64,000 bases of DNA from Chloroflexota bacterium (lineage in GTDB: Bacteria > Chloroflexota > UBA11872 > VXNJ01): the NCBI GenBank assembly GCA_965261345.1, contig OZ253449.1, positions 640,001 to 704,000 of the forward strand. The letters run 5' to 3'. This document shows positions 22,198 to 35,338 of this stretch, in pieces. The translations under genes were made by a program, and so were the position numbers. A model generated the notes under the pieces. It was not told the DNA's origin, searched no databases, and saw only the letters and a list, made by a program, of their open reading frames with translations. The first letter of the stretch is position 1, and every line of letters starts with the position of its first letter.

Positions 22198-23253
22198 ATG
22201 GTGCAATTTCGATCGGATTTGAATTTACTTGAACCCTACGTCCCCGGGCTACAGCCCGAAGGGCCGGGGTGGATAAAACTCAACACCAACGAGTCCGGGC
22301 AGGCCTCTCCGGCCGCGCTGGCGGCGCTTTCGCAAATCGGCCCGGAAGCATTGTGCCGGTATCCGGAACCGACCGCCCGCCCATTGCGCCATGCACTTGC
22401 TAAACATTTCAACCTGAAAATCTCGCAAGTTGTGGTGGGCAACGGTTCGGATGACATTCTCAACCTGCTAATCCGAGCACTGTGCCAGCCCGGGCAGCTA
22501 GTGCTGTCCACCGATCCAGCCTATTCGCTCTACAGGGTTCTGGCCGCGACCCAGGGGGCCAAATACCTGGCGATTCCCTGCCTGCCCGGATTCGCCCTGG
22601 ACCTGCCAGCAATCTGCGTCCAGCGCCCGGCAATTACCTTAATTACCAGCCCCAACAACCCGGCCGGCACAGCCTACCCGGCCGAACAAATCGCCCGGAT
22701 CTGCCAGTGCGGCCATAACCTGGTGGTAGTCGACGAGGCTTACGCTGAGTTTTCCGACCAAAACACACTTGAACTGCTCGACCGCTATCCCAACCTGGCG
22801 GTCGTGCGCACGTTTTCCAAGGCTTACGGGTTGGCAGGCCTACGGGTTGGGTATCTGCTCGGTCCGGAGTCGCTGTGCGACGCAGCCATGGCAATCAAAG
22901 ATTCCTACAACGTGTCGGGCGCCGCCCAAATCGCCGCTTTGGCCGCGCTCGCAGACCAGGACTGGGCCCGGAACATGTGGGCCGAGGTGCGCCAACGCCG
23001 CCAAGCATTAATCGATCAACTGTCGAAGATCCCAGGCCTTAAGCCCCACCCGTCGCAGGCCAATTTCGTGCTGGTTGACTGCGGGCCGCACAATGCCCAG
23101 GAAGTGTACGCTCAACTACTGGAACGCAAAATCCTGGTGCGTTACCTAGGGGGCCTAAGCAGTGCCGAAAATGCAATCCGGATCACGATCGGCAGCGAGT
23201 CCGAGCTGTCGGCGCTGGTCGAGCAGCTCTGGCGAATTTGCCGTCCCCGATAG
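22198..23253 (+). CDS. hisC: Histidinol-phosphate aminotransferase
   Basis: IKLNTNES, RYP, GNGSDD, SPNNPAG, DEAYAEF, RTFSKAYGLAGLRVGY. Confidence 0.92.
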   Translation: MVQFRSDLNLLEPYVPGLQPEGPGWIKLNTNESGQASPAALAALSQIGPEALCRYPEPTARPLRHALAKHFNLKISQVVVGNGSDDILNLLIRALCQPGQLVLSTDPAYSLYRVLAATQGAKYLAIPCLPGFALDLPAICVQRPAITLITSPNNPAGTAYPAEQIARICQCGHNLVVVDEAYAEFSDQNTLELLDRYPNLAVVRTFSKAYGLAGLRVGYLLGPESLCDAAMAIKDSYNVSGAAQIAALAALADQDWARNMWAEVRQRRQALIDQLSKIPGLKPHPSQANFVLVDCGPHNAQEVYAQLLERKILVRYLGGLSSAENAIRITIGSESELSALVEQLWRICRPR

Positions 23254-23392
23254 TTACCGAACCGGTTAATGGGGCCGGACCGGTCGGCGATAATTCTGCC
23301 GACTGATCTGACTGCAACTTACCTAATACCTTGTGCCCGGCCCTAGCCGGGCATTTCGTTGCACAGCCATTTCCAGATAGGACTGGTCAATC

Positions 23393-25528
23393 TTGGACGA
23401 TTTCGCGCTCTGGTTCATACCGATCGTCGTGGCGATTTCGCTGCTCTTTGCCGCGTACCTGGCAATTGATGTCCTCAAATCCGACAGTGGCGACGCTGGT
23501 ATGCAGGAAATCGGAGGATTCATATATGAAGGTGCGATGGCCTTCATTCGCCGTCAATACCGGACGATTGCCTTGCTGGCAATCGTGGTTGCGCTGGCCC
23601 TCTCGGCGATCGTTGGCCTGTTTGGCGGAGAAGAACTTCCCGACGGCGGCCGGATCGACGGAATTGAAATCGCCTGGCGGACCGGTTTGGCCTTCATCAT
23701 CGGGGCAACCATGTCGGCGATTGCCGGAATCATCGGCCTGGTGACTGCGGTCAAGTCCAACGTCCGCACCGCTTCGGCCGCCACCCGTTCGCTGGGCGAG
23801 GCGTTGCGGATTGGCCTGCGTGGCGGAGCAGTTACCGGCTTTACGGTCACCAGCCTGAGTCTGCTCGGCGTCTACGTGCTGTACCTGGCCTACGGCGGCC
23901 TGGATGATCCGCAAACAACGCCCTTCCTCATCGTCGGATACGGATTCGGCGCCAGCTTCGTAGCTCTGTTTGCGCTGCTCGGTGGGGGTATCTACACCAA
24001 GGCGGCGGACGTAGCGGCTGATTTGGTGGGCAAGGTCGAGGCAGGAATTCCTGAAGACGATCCCCGCAACGCGGCGGTCGTCGCCGACCTGGTCGGCGAC
24101 AACGTCGGCGACTGCGCCGGACGCGGGGCCGACTTGTTCGAGTCGACCGCCGCCGAGAACATCGGCTCGATGATTCTGGGAGTCTCACTCTACCTGGCCG
24201 ACCCCGGCCATTCGCTATCTTGGATCCTCTTTCCACTAGTGGTCAGAGCAGTCGGAATCCTGGCCTCGCTGATCGGCCTGTTGGCGGTTCGCGGGGGGAC
24301 AGTTTCGAGCGCCCAACGCAATCTGGACATAGGTTTCTGGACTACCGCCGTGCTCTCGATCGCCGGATTGGCAGTGGTCACCCTGAATATGCTTGGCAGC
24401 CTCTGGCTGCTGGCCGCCGGGGCCACCGGGATCGTGACTACGATCCTCTTCTACTACCTCACCCAGTACTACACAGCCGGTGAATGGCGGCCGGTGCGCA
24501 ACATCGCCGAGGCCTCCCGCACTGGCCCGGCCACCTTGATCATCGCCGGATTCGCAATCGGGTTCGAGACCACCGCGCTGCCGGTGCTGGTGCTCTGCGG
24601 AGCGTTGGGTGGATCCTACTTCTTCGGCGTCCAGGCGATGTCCGAACTGGGCCTGCAGGTTTCGTCCGAATTTGTCGGCGGCGTTTACGGGACCGCAGTG
24701 GCCACAATGGGCATGCTGATGTCGGCAGCCTATATCCTGGCAATGGATACCTTCGGGCCCATCTCCGACAACGCCGGCGGGATCGCGCAGTTTTCGGGTG
24801 CCGGAAAAGAAACTCGCGACATCACCGACAACCTGGATTCAGTCGGTAACACCACTAAGGCGCTCACCAAGGGGTACGCGGTGGGGTCGGCGGCATTGAC
24901 CGCCTTCGTATTGCTGTCGGCGTTCATTCAGAAGGCCGACATTGTCTCGGGAGTGATCAATCTGGCCGACGTACGGGTTTTTATCGGCGCTTTCCTGGGA
25001 GCGATGGTCGTCTACCTCTTTTGTGCGATGGCAATTCGGGCGGTCGGAGTTTCTTCAAGCACCATCATTGAGGAAGTTCGCCGTCAGTTTCGCGAGCACC
25101 CCGGCATCATGACCGGAGACGAAAAGCCTGAGTACGGACAAGCGGTCGACATAGCGGCCGCCTCGGCCCTGCGCAACATGATTCTGCCGGGGTTGCTCCC
25201 GGTTGTAGCGCCGGTGGCGGTCGGTCTGATCCTGCGTGCGGAAGCGGCCGCCGGATTCCTTATGATCGGGGCCATATCCGGGGTAGTGCTGGCCTTGGTA
25301 TTAAACAACGGTGGCGGGGCTTGGGACAACGCCAAGAAGTACATTGAAGCCGGCAATTTGAAGGACTCTGAGGGGAATGCGATCCCCAAGGGGTCCAACG
25401 AACACGCCGCGGCGATAGTTGGCGATACCGTTGGTGACCCATTCAAGGACACCGCTGGGCCATCGCTCAACGTCCTGATTAAGATCCTTAGCACGATCAC
25501 CCTGGTGCTCACTCCGCTGTTCATCTAA
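23393..25528 (+). CDS. hppA: Membrane-integral H+-translocating pyrophosphatase (K+-independent type)
   Basis: GGGIYTKAADVAADLVGKVEAGIPEDDPRN, DNVGDCAG, GNTTKA, GDTVGDPFKDTAGPS. Confidence 0.95.
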   Translation: MDDFALWFIPIVVAISLLFAAYLAIDVLKSDSGDAGMQEIGGFIYEGAMAFIRRQYRTIALLAIVVALALSAIVGLFGGEELPDGGRIDGIEIAWRTGLAFIIGATMSAIAGIIGLVTAVKSNVRTASAATRSLGEALRIGLRGGAVTGFTVTSLSLLGVYVLYLAYGGLDDPQTTPFLIVGYGFGASFVALFALLGGGIYTKAADVAADLVGKVEAGIPEDDPRNAAVVADLVGDNVGDCAGRGADLFESTAAENIGSMILGVSLYLADPGHSLSWILFPLVVRAVGILASLIGLLAVRGGTVSSAQRNLDIGFWTTAVLSIAGLAVVTLNMLGSLWLLAAGATGIVTTILFYYLTQYYTAGEWRPVRNIAEASRTGPATLIIAGFAIGFETTALPVLVLCGALGGSYFFGVQAMSELGLQVSSEFVGGVYGTAVATMGMLMSAAYILAMDTFGPISDNAGGIAQFSGAGKETRDITDNLDSVGNTTKALTKGYAVGSAALTAFVLLSAFIQKADIVSGVINLADVRVFIGAFLGAMVVYLFCAMAIRAVGVSSSTIIEEVRRQFREHPGIMTGDEKPEYGQAVDIAAASALRNMILPGLLPVVAPVAVGLILRAEAAAGFLMIGAISGVVLALVLNNGGGAWDNAKKYIEAGNLKDSEGNAIPKGSNEHAAAIVGDTVGDPFKDTAGPSLNVLIKILSTITLVLTPLFI

Positions 25529-25574
25529 CCCTTTGGCGAAAGGCCGAGGGATGATTCCGCCTCCGGCGTAGGCG

Positions 25575-26405
25575 ATGCCGATGGAGGGTACCGATTTGAT
25601 CTGGGCGGTCCTGCTGGGACTGATTCAGGGAATTACCGAATTCGTACCGGTTTCCTCCTCTGCCCACCTGCTGCTGTTGCCGCAGATCTTTGGTGTGGAG
25701 CACAAGCTACTAAATTCGCTCGACTACTCGATCGCCCTGCACTTGGGCACGGCGATTGCCATCACCGCGGCGATGGCGCCGGCCTGGATCCGGCTTTTGC
25801 GCTCCGGACTGGGGCCTGAAATGGGTCGCTTCAACCAGCGGCGCGGCGATCGTCGGTTGATTGCGGCCATTGCCGTCGCCACCCTGGTTACCGGTGGTGC
25901 CGGAGTCATCTTGAGCGAGGCGGCGGGCGGCGTTCTGCGAAATCCGGCACTGGCCGGTGGCGCCCTGTTGGTGGGTGGAATATTGCTTTTTCTGGCCGAT
26001 CGCACCGAGCGGGGCGGGGCCAATCCCAATTTCTGGAGGTTGGCAATTACCGGATCGGCGCAAATCTTGGCCCTAATTCCGGGAGTTTCGCGCTCCGGGG
26101 CCATCTATGCGGTGGGGCGCTACCTGGGCATGGGGCGAGCCGCCGCGATTGAATTTGCGTTTTTGCTGATGGCGCCAACCGTGGTTGGCGCCGCCCTGTA
26201 TCGGCTGCCAACCCTGATCACCGCAGATGAATTTGCCGGTGACGGAATCGGCCTGCTTGTGGCAGGGATGATCGCGGCAACCGGGTCGGGGTTTTTGGTC
26301 GCCCACCAACTGCCGCGCTACATCGCCGGCCGTGGTGTCGCAGCCTTCTGCCTCTACCGTATTGTGCTCGGCGCGATCGTCATGGCCTGGCTGCTGGCCG
26401 GATAG
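25575..26405 (+). CDS. uppP: Undecaprenyl-diphosphate phosphatase
   Basis: QGITEFVPVSSSAH, LHLGT and AQILALIPGVSRSG motifs. Confidence 0.92.
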   Translation: MPMEGTDLIWAVLLGLIQGITEFVPVSSSAHLLLLPQIFGVEHKLLNSLDYSIALHLGTAIAITAAMAPAWIRLLRSGLGPEMGRFNQRRGDRRLIAAIAVATLVTGGAGVILSEAAGGVLRNPALAGGALLVGGILLFLADRTERGGANPNFWRLAITGSAQILALIPGVSRSGAIYAVGRYLGMGRAAAIEFAFLLMAPTVVGAALYRLPTLITADEFAGDGIGLLVAGMIAATGSGFLVAHQLPRYIAGRGVAAFCLYRIVLGAIVMAWLLAG

Positions 26406-26421
26406 CAAAAATTCCGATTGG

Positions 26422-27582
26422 TCAACGCCGGCGGCGCAGCTGGGTTGAGGATACGTCCAGGCGGAACGCCGATGGCGGCAGCGCCCTAAACAAATCGGCG
26501 GCCGGGCTAAAGTCCAACTCGTACACGCCAATATATTTGCCAGCGATCGCCCGCCCGGCAACCAAAAAGGAATTCCCGTTGGCCGAGATTTCGGCCAACG
26601 CCGCAACCATGGCCGCCCGATTTGCACCGTAGTAGGTTGGATCGACAACTCGGATCGCAGTGTCAGCACCGATGACGAATGCGGCGCCCGGAAAGAGCCG
26701 GGATTTTTCGACAAAGGTCGGTGCCGAATCGATAACGATCGGCCGCCGGCCGCTCAGCTGGTCCACTCGCAGGGCAACCTCGGCTCGCGCCAGATCGGGT
26801 TTGTCAACATTAGTCAGCGACAGTTCAAGCGCCACCGGTACTCCCAGTTCGGTTTCGGCGGCGTCCGCCAGTCCCAGGTGCCCGCAATGGAGCGGATCAA
26901 ATGATCCTGGTAGCAGCGCCCGCGGCACCGCCCCGGCTGCCGACCAACGCCCCGATCGGTCGCAGCTGGCATGGGCCAGTTGCTTGCCCGCGACGCGGCC
27001 GATCCAGTAATCGCGGTCGGGCGGATCCTCAGCTAGCGGAAGATCCGAACCCGCCGTGAGCCGATCACCTGCATCGCCCAAACCAGCCAGGCGGGCCGCC
27101 TGCAATACCGCCCGGCCGGCCAATTGTTCCTGGCCGGACCGGTCGCGGGCCAGGGCGCCCACATCCATTCGCCAGGCCCGGGTGCCGCTCGGACCAATGG
27201 CAGCAATGTGCACGCGATCGGCCCCCGCGCGCGATCGGATGGTTGTGAGCGCCCCGCTGGCGCCTACCGCCACCAGATCCTTCTGTTCGGCGGTCCGGCC
27301 GCCGCGCGCCGCCGCCAGGGCGGCGTGGGCCAAATCCATGGCCGCCGCCGGCGAGCAATGCCCGCCTTCAGCCGGCGACACCGCGCGCACCCCTGCCACT
27401 GCTGCCGGCGAATAGGCAAGGCTGGCCGAGATGAGAACCGCCGACGCTCCGGGGCAGCCGGCGAGCGCGGCGATCGCCGACGAGCCGCCGCCGGCCAGCG
27501 CCAACGCAAGGCCGAGTTCGGCGTTGGCAAATGCCGTTAGCAGGTCGGCGGCAACCGCCGGGCTGCATTGCTGTCCGGTCAA
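26422..27582 (-). CDS. CinA/PncC-like domain fused to a cytidylyltransferase-fold (NMN adenylyltransferase-like) domain
   Basis: N-terminal AGGGS..PGAS..AYS; C-terminal PGSFDPLHCGH (HxGH), NVDKP, TFVEKSRLFPG.FVIGADT, DVSSTQLR. Confidence 0.7.
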   Translation of the reverse strand: MTGQQCSPAVAADLLTAFANAELGLALALAGGGSSAIAALAGCPGASAVLISASLAYSPAAVAGVRAVSPAEGGHCSPAAAMDLAHAALAAARGGRTAEQKDLVAVGASGALTTIRSRAGADRVHIAAIGPSGTRAWRMDVGALARDRSGQEQLAGRAVLQAARLAGLGDAGDRLTAGSDLPLAEDPPDRDYWIGRVAGKQLAHASCDRSGRWSAAGAVPRALLPGSFDPLHCGHLGLADAAETELGVPVALELSLTNVDKPDLARAEVALRVDQLSGRRPIVIDSAPTFVEKSRLFPGAAFVIGADTAIRVVDPTYYGANRAAMVAALAEISANGNSFLVAGRAIAGKYIGVYELDFSPAADLFRALPPSAFRLDVSSTQLRRRR

Positions 27583-27651
27583 ATCATCGCAAGGCGCTAT
27601 GGCGCCCAGCCGGTTGCCGGAATTTGGAAGAACCCGGTCACCCTAGGCAGC

Positions 27652-28623
27652 CTAAAGCCGGTCGTAGACCTCCGGATTGACCACCGCCTCGGGACGGCCT
27701 CCTCTTAGGAATTCGGCAGTCGCAGAGTGGCAGAGAGCCCCGATGCGATGGAAGGATTCGTGGGTGTTTGATGCGGTATGCGGAGTCAGGACAGCGTTTT
27801 CAATTTCAAAAAGCGGGTTGTTAGGTTCCGGCGGCTCGACCGTATACACGTCCAGTCCGACGCCGGCGATGCGCCCATCCCGCAATGCATCGACAAGTGC
27901 AGACTCGTCAATTACCGCTCCGCGGGAATTATTGACCACGTAGGCGGTTGGCTTCAAAAGCGCGATCATCTCACGTGAAATCAATCCGACCGTGTCGTCG
28001 GTTAACGTGGCATGCAGGGTGACCACGTCCGATCGCGCCATCAGTTCATCCAGTTCCACGAAGTGACCGCTGAGCCCAGCCGCGGTCAAGCGGGCTGGAT
28101 CGGGACTGGCTGTGTACACCAAGAGATTCATGCCCAGCCCCAATTGGCAAATCCGGGCGACCCGTGATCCAATCTCGCCAAAACCGACGATCCCCACCGT
28201 TTTGCCGCCAAGCTCACGGCCCAGGAGCTTAGGCCGCAGTTCAAATCCCTCCACCCGCACTGAGCGATCCAGGCGGGAGAGGTTGCAACTGGCCGCCAGC
28301 ATCAGCGCGACCGTCTGCTCGGCCACCGATTGAGCATTGACCTTGGGCGAAAAAAATATCGGGATATTGCGCGCCGTGGCGGCAGCCACGTCGATGTTGT
28401 CGTAACCGGCGCCGAAGCGATCGATCGCCAGCAAGCCGGTCGCGGATGCAATGACTTCGGCGGTGATCGGCTCGGTCCCGCAGATGATCACGTTGGCATC
28501 TTGGGCCTCCCGGATCAATACCTCGACATCGTTGCTGTGAACCAGCCGGATTTGGCCGAGTTCGCGCAGGACTGCCAATTCGGGCTCCGGCATCGGATAG
28601 GTCTGGAGGAATTGGTAGTTCAT
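27652..28623 (-). CDS. D-isomer-specific 2-hydroxyacid dehydrogenase (SerA-like, no ACT domain)
   Basis: GAGYDNID, GIVGFGEIG, NNSRGAVIDE, LDVYTVEP, TPHTA. Confidence 0.9.
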   Translation of the reverse strand: MNYQFLQTYPMPEPELAVLRELGQIRLVHSNDVEVLIREAQDANVIICGTEPITAEVIASATGLLAIDRFGAGYDNIDVAAATARNIPIFFSPKVNAQSVAEQTVALMLAASCNLSRLDRSVRVEGFELRPKLLGRELGGKTVGIVGFGEIGSRVARICQLGLGMNLLVYTASPDPARLTAAGLSGHFVELDELMARSDVVTLHATLTDDTVGLISREMIALLKPTAYVVNNSRGAVIDESALVDALRDGRIAGVGLDVYTVEPPEPNNPLFEIENAVLTPHTASNTHESFHRIGALCHSATAEFLRGGRPEAVVNPEVYDRL

Positions 28624-28642
28624 TGCCGATTGGTCCTGTTAA

Positions 28643-29650
28643 CTAGGTAAATTCCGAAATCTGTCGGATCAAATCAAAACGCTCAAGCGCAATTCCGGTG
28701 CCCAGGGCCACGCAGAGCAGCGGTTGCTCGGCACGAAAGCACGGAATTTCAGTCTCGATCGAGATCAGAGTGTCCATATTGTGGAGCAAGCATCCACCGC
28801 CAGAAAGGACGATACCGTTGTCAACGATGTCGGCGGCGATTTCCGGCGGAGACTGCTCGAGCACCGATTTGACCCCGCGCACGAGGTCTGCAAGCGGATC
28901 CTGCAGGGCCTCGTGGATCTGATACGGCTGCACCTGCATTGACGATGGCAATCCGGTCTGCATGTCGAGCCCCTTGACCTCGGCCGCCTCGCCGCCCACC
29001 GGGGCAGTCGCCGAACCCAAGGTCATCTTCAACTGCTCGGCGGTGCGATTGCCAATCTGGAAGTTGAAGTTGCGACGCAAGTAGTTGATGATCGCCTCAT
29101 CAAATCTGATCCCGGCCACCCGCAGCGAGCGCGAGGCCACGATTCCCGAGAGCGACAGAATTGCGATCTCGGCGGTGCCGCCGCCGATATTTACGATCAT
29201 CGAGCCGAATGGCTCCTGCACCGGCAAACGAGCGCCGAGCGCGGCCGCCAGCGATTCGGGGATTAAAACTGATGAACGGCAGCCGGCCGCCAATGCGGCG
29301 TCGCGCACCGCCCGTCTTTCCACGCCGGTGGCTTCGGCCGGCACCGAGATGATCACATCCGGCTGTAGTAATCGCAGTCGCCCGCAGGTGCGGCGCACGA
29401 AATATCCGAGCATCGCTTCGGTGACCAGGTAATCGGCGATTACCCCATCGCGCAGCGGGCTGGTGATCTCCATCCTGTCGGGGGTGCGGCCGATCATTTC
29501 ATAAGCCTGCGCTCCGACCGCAACGATCTTACGTCCGGGTTTGCTTACCGCCACAACCGAAGGTTCGCGCAGGACCACCCCGCGACCGCGCATGTAGACC
29601 ACCACGTTTACGGTTCCCAGGTCGATCCCGAGCCGTCGCTGCGAAATCAT
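28643..29650 (-). CDS. mreB: Rod shape-determining protein MreB/Mbl
   Basis: GIDLGT, EPSVVA, PLRDGVIAD, NIGGGT, GIVLSGGG, CVALGTG. Confidence 0.93.
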   Translation of the reverse strand: MISQRRLGIDLGTVNVVVYMRGRGVVLREPSVVAVSKPGRKIVAVGAQAYEMIGRTPDRMEITSPLRDGVIADYLVTEAMLGYFVRRTCGRLRLLQPDVIISVPAEATGVERRAVRDAALAAGCRSSVLIPESLAAALGARLPVQEPFGSMIVNIGGGTAEIAILSLSGIVASRSLRVAGIRFDEAIINYLRRNFNFQIGNRTAEQLKMTLGSATAPVGGEAAEVKGLDMQTGLPSSMQVQPYQIHEALQDPLADLVRGVKSVLEQSPPEIAADIVDNGIVLSGGGCLLHNMDTLISIETEIPCFRAEQPLLCVALGTGIALERFDLIRQISEFT

Positions 29651-29674
29651 GGCTATCCCGGTACCCTTTGGCGG

Positions 29675-30979
29675 TCAATCATAGGTGAGTGCGATTTCGG
29701 CCCCAAGGGCGGCCAAATCGCCGGCCAGGTCTTCGTAACCACGATCGATAAACGAGACGCCGGTGAGCAGCGACGGCCCGTCGGCCACCAACGCGGCAAT
29801 AGTCAGTGCCGCTCCGGCCCGTAGATCGCGGGCAAGCTGCAGCTGCGAACCCCGCAGATTCTGGGGGCCCGCGATTACCGCGCCGGACGTGGATCGTTCG
29901 ATCCTGGCTCCAAATTGCTCAAGCCCCACCAGGTAGCCGAAGCGGTTTTCAAACACCCGGTCGGAAATCGTGCTTTGGCCGGTTGCCTGGGTCAAAAGCG
30001 CCCCCATTTCAGCCTGCTTATCGGTTGGAAATCCTGGGTGCGGCATGCTCTGGACGTCAACCGCCCGAAGATTTCCGTTGGCCGAAACTACGACCGAGTC
30101 ACCCTCATGGAATATGTCAACTCCGGCTTCTTCCAGCTTTAGGAGGACCGGTTCCAGATCGTCGCGAACCACGTCATCGAGGACGACCTCGCCACCGCAG
30201 GCGGCAGTTGCGATCGCGATCGTTCCGGCAACCATTCGATCGGGCATTGCCCGATAGCCGGCGCCGAAGAGACGTCTTCGTCCAAACACACTAATCACCG
30301 AGGTGCCAACGCCACGAATGTCAGCGCCCATGGCGGCCAGGAAGCGGCAGAGATGGAGAACCTCGGGTTCGCGCGAAGCATTTACGATCACTGTTGCCCC
30401 GTCGGCCAGGGTTGCGGCCATGATCAGGTTCTCTGTGCCGGTGTGCGACGGGTAGTCAAGGTAGATCCGCTGCCCCCGCAACGTCCCGGCGGCGATGTCA
30501 AATCCGCCGGCCGCCTGATCTATCAGCGCCCCCATCCGGGCAAATCCGTCAAGGTCGACATTTACCGGGCGGCGGCCTATCTCGCATCCCCCAGGAGCGA
30601 TGACCACAACCCGCCCGAATCGGGCCAGCAGCGGACCGGTCACAAGGAACGACGCCCGCATTTGAGCCACCAGATCGGGATCCGGTTCCAGCGAGGAAAT
30701 GTTGGCGGCGGTAATCGTGAGGCGTTTCTGCTCTCGGTCGTAGTCGACCACCGCCCCGAGTTGGGCGAGCAGCTCGACCATCGTTTCGACGTCAATGATC
30801 GCGGGTACGTTGGTAAGGTGGCAGGTTTCCTCGGTCAGCAGCGTGGCGGCCATCATCGGCAGAATCGCGTTTTTGGCGCCAGGCACGGTAAAAACACCCT
30901 GCAACCGGTTGCGCCCACCACCGACGCTGTACTGAGTTACGCCGGTCTGCCGACCGGCATTTAATCGCGTCGCCACCAC
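29675..30979 (-). CDS. murA: UDP-N-acetylglucosamine 1-carboxyvinyltransferase
   Basis: GAKNAILP, MRASFLV.GPLLAR, PGGCEIGRRP (catalytic Cys), PGFPTD, DLRAGAAL, IDRGYE. Confidence 0.96.
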   Translation of the reverse strand: MVATRLNAGRQTGVTQYSVGGGRNRLQGVFTVPGAKNAILPMMAATLLTEETCHLTNVPAIIDVETMVELLAQLGAVVDYDREQKRLTITAANISSLEPDPDLVAQMRASFLVTGPLLARFGRVVVIAPGGCEIGRRPVNVDLDGFARMGALIDQAAGGFDIAAGTLRGQRIYLDYPSHTGTENLIMAATLADGATVIVNASREPEVLHLCRFLAAMGADIRGVGTSVISVFGRRRLFGAGYRAMPDRMVAGTIAIATAACGGEVVLDDVVRDDLEPVLLKLEEAGVDIFHEGDSVVVSANGNLRAVDVQSMPHPGFPTDKQAEMGALLTQATGQSTISDRVFENRFGYLVGLEQFGARIERSTSGAVIAGPQNLRGSQLQLARDLRAGAALTIAALVADGPSLLTGVSFIDRGYEDLAGDLAALGAEIALTYD

Positions 30980-31004
30980 CTGCCCCGCAGTTTTTATCGA
31001 ACTA

Positions 31005-31427
31005 CTAGCCGGAACTTCGCTGCGCTGCCCGCAAGCGCGAGAGCGCCCGCATCAACCGGATTCGAGCTTCAAGCATCGAATCCAGATCGTAAGCCTCGTG
31101 CAGTTCGCGCTGGGCCTCTTCGCGCGCCTGCTCAGCGCGCTCAAGATCGACTTCGCTGGAGCGTTCCGAGGTGTCGGCCAGGATCGTTACTTGATTCTCT
31201 TGCACTTGCAAAAATCCGCCGCTTACCGCCAACACTTCCTCGACGCCACCGCGGCGGGTAATTACGATTCCGGGTTCCAATTCGGTTAACAGCGGGGCAT
31301 GCCGGGGAAGGATCGCCACCTGCCCGTCAACGCTTGGGGCCACCAGCACGTCAATTCCCGTCTCGGCCACAAGGGCGCGCTCCGGGGTAATCAACTTAAC
31401 GGTCAACTTATCAATGGTTTGAGCCAC
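31005..31427 (-). CDS. atpC: ATP synthase epsilon subunit
   Basis: LITPER, ILPRHAPL, AVSGGF; last gene of the atp operon. Confidence 0.93.
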   Translation of the reverse strand: MAQTIDKLTVKLITPERALVAETGIDVLVAPSVDGQVAILPRHAPLLTELEPGIVITRRGGVEEVLAVSGGFLQVQENQVTILADTSERSSEVDLERAEQAREEAQRELHEAYDLDSMLEARIRLMRALSRLRAAQRSSG

Positions 31428-31458
31428 TTACGACTCCAAACGGCGCTGGATCATAGGG

Positions 31459-33782
<2,324 letters not shown>

Positions 33783-33792
33783 TGGTTATCGC

Positions 33793-35316
33793 TCAGGCGG
33801 CCGCTTCAGCCGCAAACAAGCTTCCGGCAAATTCGGCGATCGCCGCATCCAGGGCGTCAAGTTGGTCGCGCTCGACACGCCCGCTGGTCGTGATCGCCTC
33901 GACCAGTTCACCCTGGGTGGCGTGGAGATGTTCGAGCAGTTGTACGATAAAGTCGCGCACGTCCTCGACCGCGATTGCGTCGGCCTGCCCGGTGGTTCCC
34001 GCGCGCAATGAAATTACCTGGTCGATTACCGACTGGGGCTGATACTGGTCCTGTTTGAGGATCTCGAGCAGGCGCTGCCCGCGAGTTAGCTGTTGGCGCG
34101 TCGCCGGGTCTAGATCGGATCCAAACTGGGCGAACGCGGCGACCTCGCGATATTGCGCCAGCGCCAGCCGTAGCCCCCCGGCAACTGTGCGCATGCTGCG
34201 CAACTGCGCATCGCCGCCGACGCGCGAAACCGACAGTCCGGCATTGATGGCCGGCCGGTTACCGGCGTTGAACAGGCCCGGTTCGAGGTAGATCTGCCCG
34301 TCGGTGATTGAAATCACATTGGTCGGGACGTAGGTGGTCAGGTCGCCTTCTTGCGTTTCAATAATCGGCAGCGCCGTTAGTGATCCGCCGCCGGCCTCGG
34401 CGCCCATGCGGGCCGCCCGTTCCAACAATCGGGAGTGCAGGTAAAAAATATCGCCCGGATAGGCTTCGCGGCCCGGTGGACGGCGCAGCAGCAACGAGAT
34501 CTGTCGATAGGCCCACGCATGCTTGGTCAGGTCGTCGTAAACGACCAAGGCATCCTGGCCTTGATCACGGAAAAATTCGCCGATCGTACAACCGACAAAG
34601 GGGGCTATGAATTGCACTCCGGCCGGGTCGGACGCGGTCGCGGCCACGATTACGGTGTGATCCATGGCCCCGTGCTGCTCCAGGACCGCCCGCACCTGCG
34701 CAATCTGGCCGGCTTTTTGACCGATCGCCACATAGATGCATTTGACTCCGGTGGCGCGCTGGTTGATGATCGCGTCGATCGCCACCGCGGTCTTGCCAAT
34801 TTGGCGGTCGCCGATGATCAGTTCACGCTGGCCGCGGCCGATCGGGATCATCGAATCGATCGCCCGAATTCCGGTTTGCAGGGGAGTGTCGACGTTGGCT
34901 CGGGCGGTAACTCCGGGGGCCACCTTTTCGATGACATCGAATCGGTCAGTATCTACCGGTCCCCGGCCGTCGAGGGGTGCCCCGACCGCCGAAACCACCC
35001 GGCCGAGCAGGGCCTCGCCAACCGGGACCTGAGCTACGCGACCGGTGGAGCGGACTTCGTCCCCTTCACGAATCTGGCTAAATTCACCCAACAGTACGAT
35101 CCCGACCGAGTCCTCTTCCAGGTTCAGCGCCATCCCCAGGACATTGCCGGGAAATTCGACCAATTCGCCCGCCAGCGCTTGTGAAAGGCCCTGGACGCGG
35201 GCGATGCCGTCGCCGGCCTCCACGACTGTGCCGACGTTGGCGGCTCCGGTCGTTGGGTCCAATTCCTGGATGCGCTGCCTTAGCAGCGCGGCGATATCTG
35301 GAGTGCTTTGGTCCAT
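33793..35316 (-). CDS. atpA: ATP synthase alpha subunit
   Basis: [37 protein letters not shown]. Confidence 0.99.
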   Translation of the reverse strand: MDQSTPDIAALLRQRIQELDPTTGAANVGTVVEAGDGIARVQGLSQALAGELVEFPGNVLGMALNLEEDSVGIVLLGEFSQIREGDEVRSTGRVAQVPVGEALLGRVVSAVGAPLDGRGPVDTDRFDVIEKVAPGVTARANVDTPLQTGIRAIDSMIPIGRGQRELIIGDRQIGKTAVAIDAIINQRATGVKCIYVAIGQKAGQIAQVRAVLEQHGAMDHTVIVAATASDPAGVQFIAPFVGCTIGEFFRDQGQDALVVYDDLTKHAWAYRQISLLLRRPPGREAYPGDIFYLHSRLLERAARMGAEAGGGSLTALPIIETQEGDLTTYVPTNVISITDGQIYLEPGLFNAGNRPAINAGLSVSRVGGDAQLRSMRTVAGGLRLALAQYREVAAFAQFGSDLDPATRQQLTRGQRLLEILKQDQYQPQSVIDQVISLRAGTTGQADAIAVEDVRDFIVQLLEHLHATQGELVEAITTSGRVERDQLDALDAAIAEFAGSLFAAEAAA

Positions 35317-35338
35317 GGTGGGTTGCTTTTTGGCTGCT

